Below are positions 12,575 through 23,712 of a stretch of 64,000 bases of DNA, piece after piece. Numbering within the stretch: the first letter of the stretch is position 1; every line of letters starts with the position of its first letter. The position numbers and the translations under genes were made by a program. The notes below the pieces were generated by a model that was given only the letters and a program-made list of their open reading frames with translations, had not been told where the DNA came from and did not search any database. The stretch is from the NCBI GenBank assembly GCA_963733195.1, contig CAVTCR010000074.1, forward strand, positions 1 through 64,000, read 5' to 3'. This stretch comes from an uncultured delta proteobacterium. GTDB taxonomy: Bacteria > Desulfobacterota > Binatia > Bin18.

Positions 12575-13559
12575 TAGACATTATGCGAAATAAGCTACAA
12601 TGGGTTGGTGCTTGAATATGAACGATTGAAAAAAGACCGACGGCGATTGTTGGCGTTGACGGGGTTGACCCGCAGAGAGTTTGAGGCGTTGCATCAGGCA
12701 TTTCGTACCGCCTATGCGACCGCGTACCCAGGAGACAAAACTGCGGACGGCCGGGTCCGCAAGCGAGAGGCCGGAGGGGGGCGCAAGGGGCAGCTGAGCA
12801 CGACGGAGCAGAAACTGCTGTTTAGTCTGGTGTATCAGAAGACCTATCCGCTGCAGGCCCTGCTGGGTGAAGTCTTTGGGCTGAGCCAGTCGCGCGCGAA
12901 CCGGTGGATCCAGCGGTTGCTGCCGATTCTGAAGCAGGCGCTGGACGATTTGGGCGTGCTGCCGACCCGCGAGCCTGACAAGTTTGCCCGCTGTGAACGC
13001 CGCCACTCGGAGGGGACGGAACTGATTATCGACGGCACCGATCGGCGGCGGCAGCGCCCGAAAAACCCAGCACAACAGGTCTTGCACTACAGTGGCAAGC
13101 AGAAAACGCATAGTGACAAGAATGTTGTGGTGGTCAATGCCAAGACCAAGCGCGTGGGCTATTTGAGTCAGACGTATGCCGGGAAAATGCATGACAAAAA
13201 GATCGTCGATACCGAACCGATTCGCTATCCGCCGGGCACGATCCTGTATCAGGATACCGGCTTTCAGGGGTATGCCCCCAAAGTGCAGCAGACCCACCAA
13301 CCGAAAAAAAGCCGCGCAAGGGCGCGTTAACTCGTGGGCAAAAGCGCCACAATCGCAAACTGTCGCGCGTCCGGGTCCGCGTCGAGCATGCCTTGGCCGG
13401 GGTGAAACGCTCCCGCATCGTGAAGGAAGTCTTGCGCAATACCAGAGCGGACTTTTCAGACTTGGTAATGGTCGTCGCATGTGGATTACACAATCTCCGC
13501 GTGCGGTACCGTAAACGGCGGCTGCAAACATGAACGAAAGTTATTCCGCATAAAGTCTG
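12575..13559 (+). mobile_element. IS element, IS5-like (HTH_Tnp_4 + DDE_Tnp_4)
   Basis: Inverted repeats TAGACATTATGCGAAATAA / TTATTCCGCATAAAGTCTG flank the transposase. Confidence 0.88.
12605..13533 (+). CDS. DDE transposase with probable programmed -1 frameshift at A7G (~13304-13311)
   Basis: IIDGT, HYSGKQKTH, DTGFQG; the -1 frame continues PKKKPRKG...RVRVEHALAGVKR to TGA 13533. Confidence 0.85.
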
Positions 13560-13637
13560 AATATTGTGCGGGCACTTCCGCACGAATGGACGTTTGAAGA
13601 CTTTCTCGGTATCAGCATCATGGAACGATCGGATCAC
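13560..13637 (-). pseudogene. higB: HigB toxin N-terminal remnant
   Basis: MIRSFHDADTEKVF...PHNIQ, cut by the IS; the rest of the gene is absent on the other side of the IS. Confidence 0.8.
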
Positions 13638-13701
13638 TCTTGAGAGTAAACAGATCGTTTACGATACATCAAGCTTGCTCAAGCAGGGCGAACGCCCCTC
13701 T

Positions 13702-13802
13702 CACTAACGCCTCCGCCTCTGCCTCCGCGGCCCAGTTGTATCCTTTCGCGTTCATTCTAATCCTTATGCGGGCCGCGGTCAGGCTGGAGGCGATGGTTAG
13801 AT
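13702..13802 (-). other. attC-like site C
   Basis: Minus strand: R'' ATCTAAC-CATCGCCTCCAGCCTGACCGCGGCCC ... GGGCCGCGGAGGCAGAGGCGGAGGC-GTTAGTG; strong imperfect hairpin with bulges; 40 bp after the amidase stop. Confidence 0.75.
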
Positions 13803-13842
13803 GGCCACGGGTTGCCACACCTGAAGTCTCTCAACATAAGCA

Positions 13843-15379
13843 TCAAACCTTCGGCGGCGGGAGCGTACCGAACTCATTCTCGACGCCCATGCCAATACTG
13901 AGCAGTGTTCGATCACTGTTTACTGGTCCATCGAACTCAAGCCCAACCGGCAGCCCGGCGCGGGTCATCCCAATTGGCACCGATAGGCCAGGGAGCCCCG
14001 CGTTGCTGCCTGGACTGGTATTGCGATGGTCAGGTTGGAAATGTCGGCACCTGCCTTCCGTTGAGCTCCACGGTGTCCTGACCGGTATCGCCGTTTTCGT
14101 TGATTGGCCGCGCCGGCAGTGGGGTCGTCGGGAAGATTATGGCGGCCAGCTCCTGCTGCGCAAAATTGTCCGCATAGGTTTTCTGGAGCTGCGGGCGAAG
14201 AACGTTGATCGCAGTATCGTACACACCTCTCTGAATCGTGTTTGCCACGGCCAGTAGTCCAGCAACGTCCTTGCTTGCGACGTGTTGCAGTACGTCGTTG
14301 ACGGTGATGCCGTCACCCGTGGCAGCGAGGTACGCCCCGAGGTCAGGGCCGAATTCGTAGAGGACGATCGGACGTCCAGAGTTTTTGTCGAAATCGCGAA
14401 CAGGCCCCAAGTTCACATCGACCAACACGGCCCCGGCCGCCTTGAGTCTGGCGAGCGCGGACTCCACGCTCTGCGCTAGCTCACTGTCAAGATCCTCCCA
14501 GAAAGGCGTGCGAGGGACTCCGAAGGCAGTAAGCCCTTCAGCAGTACAGGCTGGGGCATAGGTTGGCCAGTGATAACGCTGTCGAGGAGCGCCACGTCCG
14601 CCACGGTGCGACCCATAGGACCGACCGTGTCACGCGTGTGACTGAGTGGGATGACGCCCTGCGCCGAATAGCGCTTCTCACCGTTGCCAACAGAAGGACG
14701 GAGTCCAGCCACACCGCACAAAGCCGCTGGTATGCGCACCGAGCCGCCAGTGTCGGAGCCAAGACCGGCCGGTGCCATGCGCGTAGCGATACCCGCGGCG
14801 GTGCCCCCGCTCTGGAACCGCCGGGAATCATCCTCCGGTCGTACGGATTTCTCACCGCCCCATACGCCGCATTCGTACTGGTGATACCAAGGGCGAGTTC
14901 GTGCATGTTCATCTTCGCCATCAGCAGTGCGCCATTGGAGAGCAACTGCTGGAGCACTGGTGCGTCTTGCTTCGGTCGGTTTTCGGCCAAGCCCTTGCAG
15001 CCAGCCGTTGTCGGGAGCGTTTTTGTGTCGATATTGTCTTTCACGAGTAGCGGCAATCCCGCGACCGGTCCAGGTGCCGCCCTTTTTTTCGCTCCACATC
15101 GATCGAGCGGGCACTCTCTAGCAGGCCGTCTCGGTTGAGTGCGATATACGCGTTTAAATCCTTCAGCCTCTCCGCTCGCGTAAGCAACACTTTCGCGTAA
15201 TCCTCAGCACTGATCTCTCCTCGCCGGATCGCTGTTACGGCCTCCACCGCCGTGAGCGAAACGATATGGTCATCTGACATTGCTGCGATCGCGTCAAGCA
15301 CGGTGTCACCTCCAACAACCTCGCCGCTCACCGCTACCGCGGTGAATGTGGTAATCTTCAGGAAATCGCGTCGATTCAT
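13843..15379 (-). CDS. Tat-exported amidase-signature enzyme (indoleacetamide/mandelamide hydrolase-like), frameshifted
   Basis: MNRRDFLK Tat motif; VKDNI, GGS-SGG, GSDTGGSVRIPAALCG; ends ...FGTLPPPKV*. Confidence 0.85.
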
Positions 15380-15525
15380 GTCGCTGGCCAGGGTCAGTTG
15401 TTTGTTTGGGTTCCTTGCCGTTCTCCAAGTCGCCAGACTCTCAGGTTTCACTCAAGATACTTCGACAACTGCTTCGGCATCCTGTCGCTGGCTTTACGTA
15501 GAGATTATCACTGGGGATGTTGTCC

Positions 15526-15683
15526 GCCTAACGCTATATGGGCTGCCGAATGCTCTGTCGCAATTGCCGCACAGCCATGCAGCCCATCACAACTACGCCG
15601 CCTCACAAGTTGATCACAAAAACTCTTCATCCTGTACCATCTTTGTTGTCGTCCTTGCAAGCGTGACTTGACTCTTGTTAGGC
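15526..15683 (-). other. Decayed attC-like site(s) D
   Basis: GCCTAAC (15526) and GTTAGGC (15677), with internal TGGGCTGC/GCAGCCCA and GCCTCAC..TCAC/GTGA arms; possibly two abutting sites. Confidence 0.45.
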
Positions 15684-15849
15684 TGCAAAATCCTGCAGCC
15701 CAACGTCCGAACTGCTCCCTGCAGGTCACTCGTGCTCAAGACGAGTCCTCACAGACGGACCCCCTCGCCCGTTCTCGCGATGACGCTGGCGGGATCGCTA
15801 GATTCAGCGAGCGGCGTCGGCCTGCATCGCTCATTCAGACGCGAGCGGC

Positions 15850-16198
15850 TCCACGTGGAGGCATCTCCAGCAGGCTGCCGATAATAGAGGCGGTTGATGC
15901 CACTGGCACGCGACTCTATACCCTGCAAGCGTTTGGCGGTGGTGGTGGAATTCCGGGCGGAAGCGCATTCACATTAGCACGTTGCTCATCAGATGGTTCG
16001 GCTTGTTCGGTGGAGGATGGGGCAAACGCATGTCCGCTACTCCCAAACGGCTCCACCCAACTCTGTTTACCCGTTCCGGGTATCGAGCCGAGTCCCGGCA
16101 ATTATGGCCCACGTGGCGCTGACGGGCTGATTTCGTGTGCGGTGTTAGGATTTACGCCACCCTCTCCGCCACAAGAGGGACTCCTTTGTCAGTGAGGA
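15850..16198 (+). pseudogene. Direct repeat copy 2: orphan 3' fragment of a PLC-like gene paralog
   Basis: Encodes PRGGISSRLPIIEA...EGLLCQ*, matching 10315-10660; upstream sequence is unrelated. Confidence 0.85.
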
Positions 16199-16255
16199 GG
16201 TCGTCGTGACTGCGAATATAGAGGAAAGTAGGTGTTGAGCAAAAGCCTCGGTAAT

Positions 16256-17804
16256 TCACTTCAACCGATATCTCGTCCATAAATTGCTAGTCAGCTCAGC
16301 AAGCCGCTCTCCAAGCTCAGGACGTAGCGCATCGGGAAGATAGCGCCAACGCCAGTTGCCTTCAGGCTGGCCGGGCAGGTTCATACGCCCTTCACTACCT
16401 AATCCCAGTACATCCTGCAATGGAATCACTGCCAGAGTCAGCAATCGAACTCCACGCCAGACGGATCAACTGCCAGTGAATGTCCCTTGTATTTCTACGG
16501 TTAACATAGCGTAGGATTGAGGCTCGAGTTTCTGCGCTCGCAGCGCGGAACCATCCAAGCATAGTATCGTTGTCGTGTGTCCCCGTATACACGACATACC
16601 GGGAATCAGGATAATTATGCGGCAAATAGGGATTGTGCGTGTCTCCGTCAAACGCGAACTGGAGGATTTTCATACCAGGAAAACCAAATTGCAGCCGCAG
16701 TGCTTCAACCTCCGGCGTAATCAACCCAAGGTCTTCTGCTATCACAGGAAGTTCCCCAAGTGCTTCATGTACTTGTGAGAACAACGTTGCACCCGGCCCT
16801 TTTACCCATTGTCCGTTCATAGCAGTGTCGTCCTTCGCAGGAATGGACCAATAGGCCTCAAAGCCACGAAAATGGTCGATGCGAACAAGGTCTACCATCT
16901 CGAGGATCGAGCGAACGCGTTGTACCCACCAATCATAAACGGCCGCTACCGGCCGACCGTTCTCATCGTGCCATCGATACAGTGGATTTCCCCACCGTTG
17001 GCCGGTTTCGCTAAAATAGTCCGGCGGAACGCCAGCAACCGATTGTGGAGTATTGGTCTGTGGATCGAGTTGAAAAAGTTCGGGATGTGCCCAAACCTCA
17101 GCACTATCGAAACCAACATAGATCGGCAGGTCGCCGACAATTTTCACGTTGCGTTGATTCGCATATGCTTTGAGTCGGTGCCATTGAGTAAAAAAGAAGA
17201 ATTGCTCGTGCTGGTAAAAAAGGACCTCAGGCGCAAGTTGCATTTTCCAACCATCAAGCGCAGTAGGAAGACGATGAGCGACATCAGTATCCCACGTGTC
17301 CCACGAAGCTTCACGAAACGCCTCTCGTAACGCCATGAACAAGGCATAGTCATCAAGCCACCATTGGTGCTGGTGACAGAACTCGTCAAACGCTGCCTTC
17401 TGGGCTGAAGTCGCAGTGGTCACAAATCGTTCGGATGCCATACGACACAGCGCGGTCTTCAAACGGTTGGTAGTCTGATAATCAGCAAGTCCCTCAGGTA
17501 AAACAGGGCTCGTATCAAGAGCAGTAGCAGGGAGAAGGTTCTCTTCAACCAGCGCCTCGATACTGATCAACAGCGGATTGCCGGCAAACGCTGAGAGTGC
17601 AACGTAAGGAGAATAGTCGACTCCCTCACTCGTTGGCCCAAGAGGGAGGACTTGCCATAAGTGCTGTTGATGAGCAGCAAGGAAATCGACGAAGCGATAG
17701 GCTTCTGGCCCCAAGTCACCGATACCAAAACGCCCTGGGAGTGAGGTCACATGAAGAAGAATGCCACCGGCCCGAGCAAAACTGGTCCTCTTACTGTGAG
17801 GCAT
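16256..17804 (-). CDS. malQ: 4-alpha-glucanotransferase (amylomaltase)
   Basis: GILLHVTSLP, GVPPDYFSETGQRWGNP, RIDHFRGF, AEDLG, YTGTHDNDT; C-terminal frameshift. Confidence 0.95.
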
Positions 17805-17820
17805 GATGCTCAGCTATGGA

Positions 17821-17874
17821 AGTAGTCAGTAGCCAGTAGTCAGAATTCAGTAGGGGCACGGCGCTGCCGTGCCC
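17821..17874. repeat. Heptamer array plus GTAG-type REP; inverted copy at 19748-19801
   Basis: AGTAGTCAGTAGCCAGTAGTCAGAATTCAGTAGGGGCACGGCGCTGCCGTGCCC. Confidence 0.75.
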
Positions 17875-17968
17875 GAAAAAAAGGAGCCCAACACCGCTCC
17901 TGCAGCACGATATCCGAACGCTATCGCAAAATCTCTGCCTGGGGACATCACAAGGAGCAGTAATCGTC

Positions 17969-18472
17969 TTACTTCTGCAGGCTTTTCTCAAACCCTCGGG
18001 TTGATTTCTCAGCTGCTCGGGCTGCCTCCTCAGCTGAACGGCGAGCCTCTTCTGCCGCAGCTTTTGCTTCTTCAGCCGCACGTCGGGCGGCATCAATATC
18101 TTCAGTATTCGCGACTGCGGCAGGTGGAGGTGCCATCGTAGGTTCAGCGGGCTCCTCCATCCCGCAACAAAAGTCCCAGCTGTGTGGTTTATGACCAAAC
18201 ACCTTCTGTAATTCTGGCTGCGATACCAAGGCGTGAATCGGACGGGCCACGAGCCATTCAAGCGCATACCCGATCGGGTTAACGGCATAGGCGGCAATGC
18301 GAAGTGGATGCGATTGGGAATCGTCATATCCGTCATAGTATCCGGGATATGTGCCACACCCTACTTCTCCGACGTAGCCCATGCAATCATCTGCATCCGA
18401 AGATGCCATTACAGGACCAGCCAGGAACAGAACAGCAATTCCCAGCAACACCACACTTTTCCTAAACCCCAT
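17969..18472 (-). CDS. Secreted protein with C-terminal alanine zipper (OprI/Lpp-like tail)
   Basis: RBS GAGGAGG; signal peptide; AARRAAEEAKAAAEE...FEKSLQK. Confidence 0.7.
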   Translation of the reverse strand: MGFRKSVVLLGIAVLFLAGPVMASSDADDCMGYVGEVGCGTYPGYYDGYDDSQSHPLRIAAYAVNPIGYALEWLVARPIHALVSQPELQKVFGHKPHSWDFCCGMEEPAEPTMAPPPAAVANTEDIDAARRAAEEAKAAAEEARRSAEEAARAAEKSTRGFEKSLQK

Positions 18473-18758
18473 ACTTTCCTCCTCTACTGACTGGATACTG
18501 GACAGTTTAGCCTTCTTCTTTCGCTCGCTCAACCTCTTCCCGTATAGTTCGCCGTGCAGTTACACGACGGTACTTTTTCTCGTCTTCTTTGGTTCGAGTC
18601 GGTGGTGGAAGCTCTTTGCGAACTCGTCGCAACGCTTCAAGTTGGCTTAAAGATTGAGATTTTTTGCGCGGCATGGTCTTTCAAGCGTGACACGTAATAC
18701 GTGATTCGTGAAACAGGACACGGAACATGTAATAGATTACTCATTCGGTATCTTATGT

Positions 18759-19736
18759 TTATTTCACAAGTCTTGCCGCCTCCTTGGCAAAATACGTCAA
18801 AATAATATCCGCTCCTGCTCGTTTAATACCAGTCAGTGCCTCCATCATGACGCGCTCTTCATCGACCCAACCATTCAAAGCAGCAGCCTTAATCATGGCG
18901 TACTCGCCACTGACATTATATGCAGCGACTGGATAGCCAAATTTTTCTTTGACGCGACGGATGATGTCGAGATATGGCAAAGCAGGTTTGACCATCACAA
19001 TGTCTGCCCCTTCGGCGATGTCCATTTCAACTTCACGTAACGCTTCCTCAGCATTCGGCGGGTCCATTTGATAGGAACGTCGGTCGCCAAACTGCGGTGT
19101 TGACTCTGCTGCCTCACGAAACGGGCCATAAAAACCAGACGCGAACTTAGCGGAGTATGCCATGATCGGCACATGCGGAAAACCTTCGCTGTCGAACGCC
19201 TGACGAATTGCACCGATACGCCCGTCCATCATGTCCGACGGAGCCACCATATCGGCCCCAGCCCGTGCATGAGAGAGAGATTCTTTCACCAGGATTTCGA
19301 GCGTCGCATCATTGTCCACGTCCTGGCCTTTGATAATACCGCAGTGGCCATGGTCGGTGTACTCGCAGAAACACACATCTGTAATAAGTGACAATCCAGG
19401 GACTTGTTCTTTCAAGGTGCGGAGCGCGCGTTGGATGATACCGTTATCATTATAGGCATCAGACCCGACCGCATCTTTATGGTCAGGAATACCAAAGAGA
19501 ATGACTCCAGGAATTCCCAAGTCACGAATCGCTTTGCATTCTTCCACGGCACGATCAACTGACAACTGGGCAATACCTGGCATCGAAGAGATCGGATTGG
19601 TCACGCGCGTTCCCGGCACGATAAACAGCGGCATGATGAGATCATCAACGCTGAGTTTGGTCTCACGCACCAAGCGGCGGAAGTTTTCGTTTCTGCGTAA
19701 CCGACGGGGCCGATAAATAGGGAAACGCATGATCAC
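18759..19736 (-). CDS. hemB: Porphobilinogen synthase
   Basis: [33 protein letters not shown]. Confidence 0.97.
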   Translation of the reverse strand: MIMRFPIYRPRRLRRNENFRRLVRETKLSVDDLIMPLFIVPGTRVTNPISSMPGIAQLSVDRAVEECKAIRDLGIPGVILFGIPDHKDAVGSDAYNDNGIIQRALRTLKEQVPGLSLITDVCFCEYTDHGHCGIIKGQDVDNDATLEILVKESLSHARAGADMVAPSDMMDGRIGAIRQAFDSEGFPHVPIMAYSAKFASGFYGPFREAAESTPQFGDRRSYQMDPPNAEEALREVEMDIAEGADIVMVKPALPYLDIIRRVKEKFGYPVAAYNVSGEYAMIKAAALNGWVDEERVMMEALTGIKRAGADIILTYFAKEAARLVK

Positions 19737-19782
19737 ACCTCTTTTTCGGGCACGGCAACGCCGTGCCCCTACTGAATTCTGA

Positions 19783-20599
19783 CTACTGACTACTGGCTAC
19801 TTTCCGAAAATACTCCACAATCGCTTCAGTGAATCCAGGAATGGTATAGATGCTAGACTGCACCGTTACTGGCAATCCGTATTCACGTACCGTATCTGCC
19901 GTAATCGGCCCGATACAGCCGATACGCGTCTTCACTAACAGTTGCGAGAGGTTCTCACCCGCAAAAGCAGCGACAAAATTTCGTACTGTGCTTGAGCTGG
20001 TAAACGTCACCATATCAATCTTCGCTGTTGATAAGAGTTCGCGTAATTTGTCCGTCTCTGTCGTTTGCGGTCGTCTTGTCTCGTACACAGGAATCTCATC
20101 GACCTGCGCACCAAGAGCTTGCAACTCTTTCGGCAACACCTCTCGTGCTTCCGCTGCACGTGGGAGCAGGATACGCTGTCCACGTACTTCTCCTAAAACA
20201 TTCACTAACGCCTCGGCTCGATATTCTTCGGGTACAGCATGTACTTGCAATGAGAGAGCAGTCACCGCCCGTGCCGTTTCTGGGCCGATCGTCGCAATCC
20301 GCAAATGACGAAAAGCTTCTAGCGGCGTATTCCGCGTCTGGAGGCGCTCAACAAAATACTTCACTCCGTTCACGCTGGTGAAGAGTAACCAGTGATACTG
20401 CTCGATGTGTTCCAGTGCAACGTCAAGCCGTGCATAGGACGCAACCGGGACAGTCTCAATAGTCGGAAACAGGACCACCTCCGCTCCGTATCGTTCGAGT
20501 GTTTCGGCAAACCCTCGCGATTGTGTAAGCGGTCGTGTTACGACAATTCGGCGATTGATGAGTGGCTTGTCTGTTCAGCGTAGCGACAGCTGTTGACAT
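19783..20599 (-). CDS. hemD: Uroporphyrinogen-III synthase (N-terminal frameshift)
   Basis: [31 protein letters not shown]. Confidence 0.9.
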
Positions 20600-20674
20600 A
20601 GGCGTCACCTGTGGTGCGTGAAACGTGGTACGTAATGCGTAAAGAAGAGCGTGAAACACGTTGCGTATAAATGG

Positions 20675-21614
20675 ATTACGTATTACGTTCTTTTCCAGCT
20701 CCTTCAGTATTTCCTCTCCGCCTTGAGCAAGCAAGCGCTCTGCTAACATCGAGCCGACTTCCTCAGCGGCGTTGTTCAATCCGTTCTGCTCCCCTCGGAT
20801 CACCTTCGTACCATCGGGGCTGGCAATAAGCGCGATCAAATGGACTCTACTATTCTCAATACTGCCTTTCGCCGCTAACGGAGTGCGACAACTTCCCCCC
20901 ATGCGACGTAGAAAAGCTCGCTCTGCTGTTACCGCAATTGCGGTTGCCTCATGATGTAATGGGAGGACTCGCGCGATCACTTCTGCATCATCAACTCGTG
21001 TCTCAATTCCGAGCGCCCCCTGACCAATTGCGGGGAGAAATTCATTCTCATCGAGTATCTGGCTATTTGGTGGCATCAACCCGAGACGTTTCAGTCCCGC
21101 TGCCGCCAAAATGGTTGCGTCCACAATACCTTCGCGTTGTTTACGCAGTCGTGTATCAACATTTCCACGCAAGAGTTCAATACGCAGCCCAGGATGGAGG
21201 TGCAACAACAGCGCCTGTCGTCGCAGACTGCTGGTACCGACCCGTGTCCCTGCCGGAAGCTGGGTCAAGGTTTCACCATTCTTCGTAATGAGAACATCAC
21301 GCGGATCCTCACGTTCTGGTATGGCACTCAGCGTGAGACCCGGAGGCATGTCTCCTGGGAGATCCTTAACCGAATGCACCGCCAAGTCCACGGTTCCAGA
21401 CCAACAACGCATCCTCGATTTCCTTCACAAACAGTCCTTTGCCACCAATCGTGGCCAGCGAAACATCTTGAATGCGATCGCCTGAGGTCTTGATCGGGAC
21501 CAATTCAACCTGCAGGTCGGGCCACTCGTGCTCAAGCCGCGCTTTGACCCATTTTGCCTGCCAAAGAGCTAACGCACTGCTACGAGTACCGATACGAAGG
21601 AGAATCTTATTCAC
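20675..21614 (-). CDS. hemC: Hydroxymethylbilane synthase (frameshifted; 3' end uncertain)
   Basis: [46 protein letters not shown]. Confidence 0.93.
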
Positions 21615-22916
21615 TGTCCTCATCCAGTCCAAAAATACGCCGGACCACGGCAACTTCGCGAGCGTTATCTCTATCGCCATTGCGGTTGGTACTCTTCAAA
21701 TAAGCGATAGGCGGATGCAACAGTTTGTTGATGATCCCCAGACTTAACGCCTCGATAGCTTTCTGCGCATGCGGTGGTAATTCCTTCAAGTGCAGCAAAG
21801 GTCTTTTCCGAGTTCACGTTGCCGAATCGTCTCAGCTTTGTCTCGCAACGCGATGATCGTCGGTGTCACTTCAAGACCAGAGAGCCATTGCCAGAACGCC
21901 TCAACTTCTTCTGTGACAATCGCCTCGGCTTTCAACGCTTCGCGCTCACGTTCATCTTTGTTCTCCTCGATAACCTGTTGAAGATCATCGATGTCATAGA
22001 GAAAGATGTTCTCGATATCGTTGAGTCGCGGATCGAAATTTCGTGGCACACCGAGATCGATAAAAAACATCGGACGGCGTTTGCGTTCACGTAACGCCTC
22101 CTCTACCGCCGCAGGTCCAGCGAGATAATCATTTCCTCCAGCCGAACCGATGACAATGTCCGCGAAGTGCAGATGCTTATGGAACTGCTCGAATGGTACT
22201 ACTGTTCCGTTGAATTCCTTGGCGAGTTCAACTGCGCGAGAGAAAGTCCGATTCGTCACCAGGACTTTACCAATGCCATGATTCTGTAGATGGCGAACAG
22301 CGAGTTCTCCTATTTCACCCGCACCAATGACCATCGCTGTCTTGTCTTGTAGGTGATCAAAAATGCTTCGCGCCAGCTCTACTGCCGCCGAACTCACAGA
22401 GACTGCTTTTGCTGCCACTCGGGTCTCATTGCGAACACGTTTAGCAACAGCAAACGTTTTGTGAAAACAACGATGAAGTACCTCTCCTAGGGTGCCAACT
22501 TCCGAGGCTGTCGCGTATGCATCCTTTACTTGGCCGAGAATTTGTGGCTCACCAACCACAAGGGAATCTAAGCTCGCAGCTACGCGAAAGAGATGACTCA
22601 AAGCCGCTTTGCCTGTGCGAGTATACAAATGCTCTTCAAACACAGCGCGTGAGAAGCCTTGGCTCTCTGCGAGGAAGGTCTTGATCTTCTCATCTGCTGC
22701 TGGAACATCAGCCGCACTGGTAATGACCTCAACGCGGTTACAAGTAGATAGAATCATCCCTTCGCGCACGGTCTCCGTATCAACCAAGCGTCGGAGTGCC
22801 GCCTCCAAAGCCCCGTTGTTGAAAGCAAGGCGCTCTCGCACTTCCACCGGGGCACTGCGATGGTTGAGTCCAACGATCAGGAGGTCGGCGCCACGCTTAG
22901 CCAAATTGCCCTCCAT
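21607..22916 (-). CDS. hemA: Glutamyl-tRNA reductase
   Basis: [38 protein letters not shown]. Confidence 0.96.
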
Positions 22917-23712
22917 GCCGTCCCGGCAACAAGCGGACTCCAAGAAAAGAGACAAGCAGCACTGCAAAACAGATGATGGTCAGCGCCGCCGCACGTCGTC
23001 CCTGCCACCCTGCAGTGCGATAGTACAACAGGAGTGCATAGAGCACCCAGGTCAGCACCGACAACACCAGCCGAGGTTCCCACAGCCAGAAGTGTCCCCA
23101 GGCGTACTCGGCCCACACCGCGCCACTCAAAATCCCAAGTGTTAGCAACGGAAACCCCCAGGACAACGAGCGATAGTTCAGTTCATCAAGCGTTTCAAGC
23201 GACGGTAAGCGACGGAAGAGTGCGTGTGCTTTTTTGGCTTTCAATTGTTTTTCTTGCACGAGGTAGAGGAGACTCGCACTAAAAGCCACCCCAAAAACCG
23301 CATAGCCAAGGAAAGCCAGTGTGACGTGCACAGGAAGCCACGGGCTGTGCAGTGACGGAGGAAGCGTTTGCACGTTGGCATAAAAGAAAAAAGCCGTAAG
23401 AGTTAGAAGGAAAGCAATAGGACTGACCACCGCTCCGAGCAATACCACTGGCGTGCGTAATTGCACGAGCAAACACAACGCTGTCGTTAAACAAGCAAAG
23501 AAGGACACAGCTTCATACGAACTCGTCACTGCAATGTATCCGGCAGTCACAGAGCGGCCTAGGATCGCCCCGAAATGACAACTGAAAGCAATCAGCAAGA
23601 GCCCAGGACCGAGCCACCGTGGAACAGCACGGCTGGCGAGAAACGGCAACAAGAAGGCCACCGTACTCAACAGATAGAACAGGAGCGCGACTTTGAGGAG
23701 AATAAGTTCCAT
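22897..23712 (-). CDS. ccsA: Cytochrome c assembly protein CcsA/HemX family
   Basis: Multi-TM; WLPVHV, LPSLETLD, SGAVWAEYAWGHFWLWEPR. Confidence 0.9.
   Translation of the reverse strand: MELILLKVALLFYLLSTVAFLLPFLASRAVPRWLGPGLLLIAFSCHFGAILGRSVTAGYIAVTSSYEAVSFFACLTTALCLLVQLRTPVVLLGAVVSPIAFLLTLTAFFFYANVQTLPPSLHSPWLPVHVTLAFLGYAVFGVAFSASLLYLVQEKQLKAKKAHALFRRLPSLETLDELNYRSLSWGFPLLTLGILSGAVWAEYAWGHFWLWEPRLVLSVLTWVLYALLLYYRTAGWQGRRAAALTIICFAVLLVSFLGVRLLPGRHGGQFG

Noticed and set aside
12581-13531. 316-aa antisense ORF over the transposase; similarly 61864-62949 and 11366-12079
   Set aside because: These are shadow ORFs of GC-rich genes with no recognisable motifs.
15668-16195. 175-aa ORF as an intact gene
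   Set aside because: The first ~60 codons run through attC-like non-coding sequence; only the duplicated tail looks coding.
10315-16198. Repeat pair as a DGR template/variable region
   Set aside because: Mismatches involve all four bases in both copies and are often synonymous, so they are not adenine-specific. No reverse transcriptase is present in the window.
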